DNA of 64,000 bases from Torpedo marmorata (Eukaryota). A program made the position numbers and the translations under genes. Shown here piece by piece: positions 62,624 to 64,000 of this stretch. The stretch lies in the NCBI GenBank assembly GCA_977017645.1, contig OZ360229.1, positions 89,528,001 through 89,592,000 on the forward strand, read 5' to 3'. Below the pieces are notes generated by a model. It did no database searches and was not told where the DNA came from. It saw only the letters and a list, made by a program, of their open reading frames with translations. Within the stretch, counting starts at the first letter, position 1; each line of letters begins with the position of its first letter.

Positions 62624-62725
62624 GCAAAAAACCAATTCCAAGCCATGAGATATTAGGGCAAAAAACCAATTCCAAGCCATGAGATATTAGGGCAAAAAAC
62701 CAATTCCAAGCCATGAGATATTAGG
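62624..62725. repeat. Perfect 3 x 34-bp tandem repeat
   Basis: GCAAAAAACCAATTCCAAGCCATGAGATATTAGG x3. Confidence 0.97.
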
Positions 62726-64000
62726 ACAGATGACCAACCACTTGATCAATACATTCTACTTAATGTCTTAATGATAAAGGAAGAAGAAAAAAAGAGACAG
62801 AGGTGTACCAGTAGGAAATTCCAGTGTTTGGCAGACTTGCTATGTGAAATATTGCCAATAATAGAGCAGTTCAGGGATCCGCAAGAGACCAGAGTACAGA
62901 AATCTCAGGAGTCTTATTGAACTGGAGGAATTTGGAGATTGGAAGGTAAAGAATTAAGGTAAGATCTGAAAATAAGAAAATCAAAATCAAGGAATATTTA
63001 ATCAGAAACTAACATAAAAGTCAACAATCAGAGGAACAATAGCTCATCTTGGGCAAATTGGCCAAGATTTGACAATTTAATTTGCTCTTCGATAACCTCG
63101 CAACAATTCAGCGTAAGCGGCAGCCTCAATGTAAGCAGCAACCTCAGTTTGGGCACAGGCAAAAATAGAACAAGAGATTAAGTTGCAATCATATTTTTGC
63201 TATTCACTAAACGAGCCCACTTCTCCAACCTCCCCCACCCAAACATACAATCACTGCAATTCAAACAACTTTGGCAAGGTAGGAGATGGCCATTGCTTCC
63301 CATGAAACTTTGCTGGCAGGAGTCACTGGCTTCAACGAGAGTACAGAAGGCAGAAAATATAATTGTTTGTCAATATTTGCAGCCTTTCACACCAAAACCT
63401 ATTTCAATCCAGCCTGAAACAAAAAGTTTTGTCTGAAGAGTTGGAAATGTCCATTGTACAATGACAAAAAAGTAGAAAGCCAGTTTGTCATTATTTAATG
63501 CACTAAGTGATTCAAGGCCATTGCCACCAAATGCTACCAAAACTTATTCTTCTACAAACACAGAACAAATCTATGAATCCTATTTCAACAACTTAAACTT
63601 GTGAAGATGTGCACAAATTCTGGCAGATGAACACCAGAATACTCACTTAAGGCAGCATTCACTTTCTAGAGTCATTTCACACTCAACTAATGGCATTCTT
63701 AAGAAACCAAAAACAGCATGGGAATGTTTGAAAATTTCAATCTAAATTTATCCCTCATTTCGATCTAAATGTATCCTTCATTTCAATTTCTAACCAAATT
63801 GTCAGTTAATTTGGATATTCCTCCATATAAGCAGAATTAAAACTCTCCTTACTCAGAACTTATTGTTTCCATAATACATGCCTAGCACACAAAATGGATC
63901 TCAAGGTACAAATTAAGCGTGTATTTTAGAAATTACAAGTTCAAAGCAAGGATTATTTCAAATCAAGTTTGGATGACAAATAGCTTTCTGATCCCTTCAA

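Noticed and set aside
62624-62725. CRISPR array
   Set aside because: There are no spacers and the context is a vertebrate intron. It is a plain tandem repeat.
45373-64000. KMT2A exon 1 or the minor human 99-nt intron-1 exon
   Set aside because: No CpG island or matching peptide was seen. The GC-rich patches here are family X repeats.

Overview
Eukaryotic (vertebrate) genomic DNA, most likely from a cartilaginous fish. This is inferred from the repeat complement: HE1/V-SINE, SacSINE1-like, CR1, Rex1/Babar and Penelope. The whole window lies inside the minus-strand gene KMT2A (MLL1). Fourteen GT-AG coding exons, equivalent to human RefSeq exons 2-15, span 45372 to 5212 and splice into one open frame of 4545 nt (1515 codons). 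They cover the AT-hooks, SNL motifs, CXXC, PHD1-3 and the start of the bromodomain. Exon 1 and exons 16 onward lie outside the window. The introns are packed with L1, CR1, Rex1/Babar, Penelope-like, Gypsy, Tc1, pogo/Tigger-like and hAT elements and several SINE families. The most notable unexplained signals are: (i) recurrent TA-CCGG-TA and TA-CCG-TA micro-insertions, shown to be insertions by comparison with paralogous repeat copies, which look like DNA-transposon excision footprints, one of them at the centre of a 70-bp palindrome; (ii) minimal hammerhead-ribozyme motifs in the Penelope repeats; (iii) a 5S-rRNA-derived SINE with a Rex1-type tail that it shares with a young non-autonomous family; (iv) a fold-back Tc1 derivative. 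Family names and human exon sizes are from memory, not from database searches. Repeat boundaries are approximate unless a TSD or TIR is quoted.
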